8,453 nucleotides of DNA from Naegleria gruberi (taxonomy: Eukaryota), in the NCBI GenBank assembly GCA_000004985.1, contig GG739068.1. One strand, written 5' to 3'. The notes under the pieces were generated by a model that was not told where the DNA came from, did not search any database, and saw only the letters and a program-made list of their open reading frames with translations. The position numbers and the translations under genes were made by a program. This document shows, in pieces, positions 7,735 through 8,453 of the stretch (its first letter is position 1; every line of letters begins with the position of its first letter).

Positions 7735-8335
7735 TTACGATAAAATTTAGCGTTAATTTACCTGTAAATTTGAAATTTTTTTCCCAACAAACGTTTACGT
7801 TTTTATTTCGTTTTTTTTGTTAATTATTAACGAAAATCAATAAAGTTTGACTTGAATTTTTGTTAACAAAAGTGCGAAAAAATTAATGAAAAAATAAAAA
7901 TATTTACGTGGAAATATTTTAGCGGGCTGTTTTTGGCAAATTTTAAAATTTTTGAAAATATTAAAAATTGCTAGAGAGAATTACAAAATACTTGGATATA
8001 GAGACAACTTAATTGGTATAGGTATTGTACCTTTCATATAGGAGGTGAATATTCATTGTTTACTCCATTATTTTAATGATGGTTCAGCTCAATTCAAACA
8101 ATTTTCAAACAGGAGGTATTATTCTGCAAATTTTGAAAAGAATATGCAACAAACAAGAATGGGAAACTACTACAGTGAAGTTCAATCACCATTAGATGTT
8201 GTTTTTTGTCCAACTTTCATTGAAAAGTAGCAACAACAACAAAAAACTAAAGAGAATAAGAAATTTGAATTATCAGATGGACTTTTGTTAAAATAGGTGA
8301 AAAAAAATGACAGAACCATGTTAAGCAAGTATCTT

Positions 8336-8347
8336 TATATATAAATA
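8336..8347 (+). promoter_or_regulatory. TATA-like element (TATATATAAATA), speculative
   Basis: A strong TATAAATA-type match lies near the window end. No downstream gene is visible inside the window, and an AT-rich genome produces such matches by chance. Confidence 0.15.
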
Positions 8348-8453
8348 GTTTGTTGTTTCGAACCAATACTAATTTTCAACCTATCCGATAGTTCTCCACC
8401 AAACTAATATTTTGAAAATTTTTTAAAATATTAATAAATTGAAATTTTTAGAA

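Noticed and set aside
8045-8230. 61-aa plus-strand ORF with a GTG start, preceded by AGGAGG (8040-8045); a second AGGAGG at 8111-8116
   Set aside because: This is eukaryotic nuclear-type sequence. A GTG start and Shine-Dalgarno-like motifs are irrelevant here. The ORF is short, has no ATG, and shows no splice or context support.
8355-8364. ggttcgaaac on the minus strand, resembling a tRNA T-loop (GGTTCGAATCC)
   Set aside because: The flanks cannot form an acceptor stem, D-arm or anticodon arm, and no CCA or complementary 5' end is present. It is a chance match.

Overview
This window is 56.7% assembly gap: an uninterrupted N run at 1702-6497 (4796 nt). Only about 3.65 kb of real sequence is readable. 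That sequence is AT-rich and eukaryotic. Several traits look nematode-like, though the organism cannot be determined from this sequence alone. These traits are candidate ~45-50-nt GT-AG introns, 'tttttag' and 'ttatttacag' acceptor-like motifs, an AATAAA signal, Asn/Ser-rich low-complexity coding, and CAA trinucleotide tracts. The one well-supported gene is a minus-strand CDS at 1-897. It is the N-terminal 299 codons of a predicted multi-pass membrane protein with a long acidic and Asn/Ser-rich N-terminus, and it runs off the window start. Right of the gap, 6498-6686 is a probable C-terminal coding fragment of a gene whose body lies in the gap, with an ambiguous frame and intron. Next comes a candidate terminal exon (6745-6906) encoding a Lys/Glu/Asp/Ser-rich tail, followed by AATAAA. 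The remaining 1.5 kb is non-coding repetitive DNA. It holds a degenerate ~155-bp tandem duplication (7046-7420) studded with splice-donor and acceptor-like motifs, and a cluster of short palindromic or foldback repeats built around TAATGATTAACG (7582-7734). The three long plus-strand ORFs in the supplied track (1587-6686, 1646-6505, 1696-6627) are artefacts of N being translated to X. I see no evidence for a multi-gene system such as a defence island or biosynthetic cluster; any such content would have to lie inside the gap.
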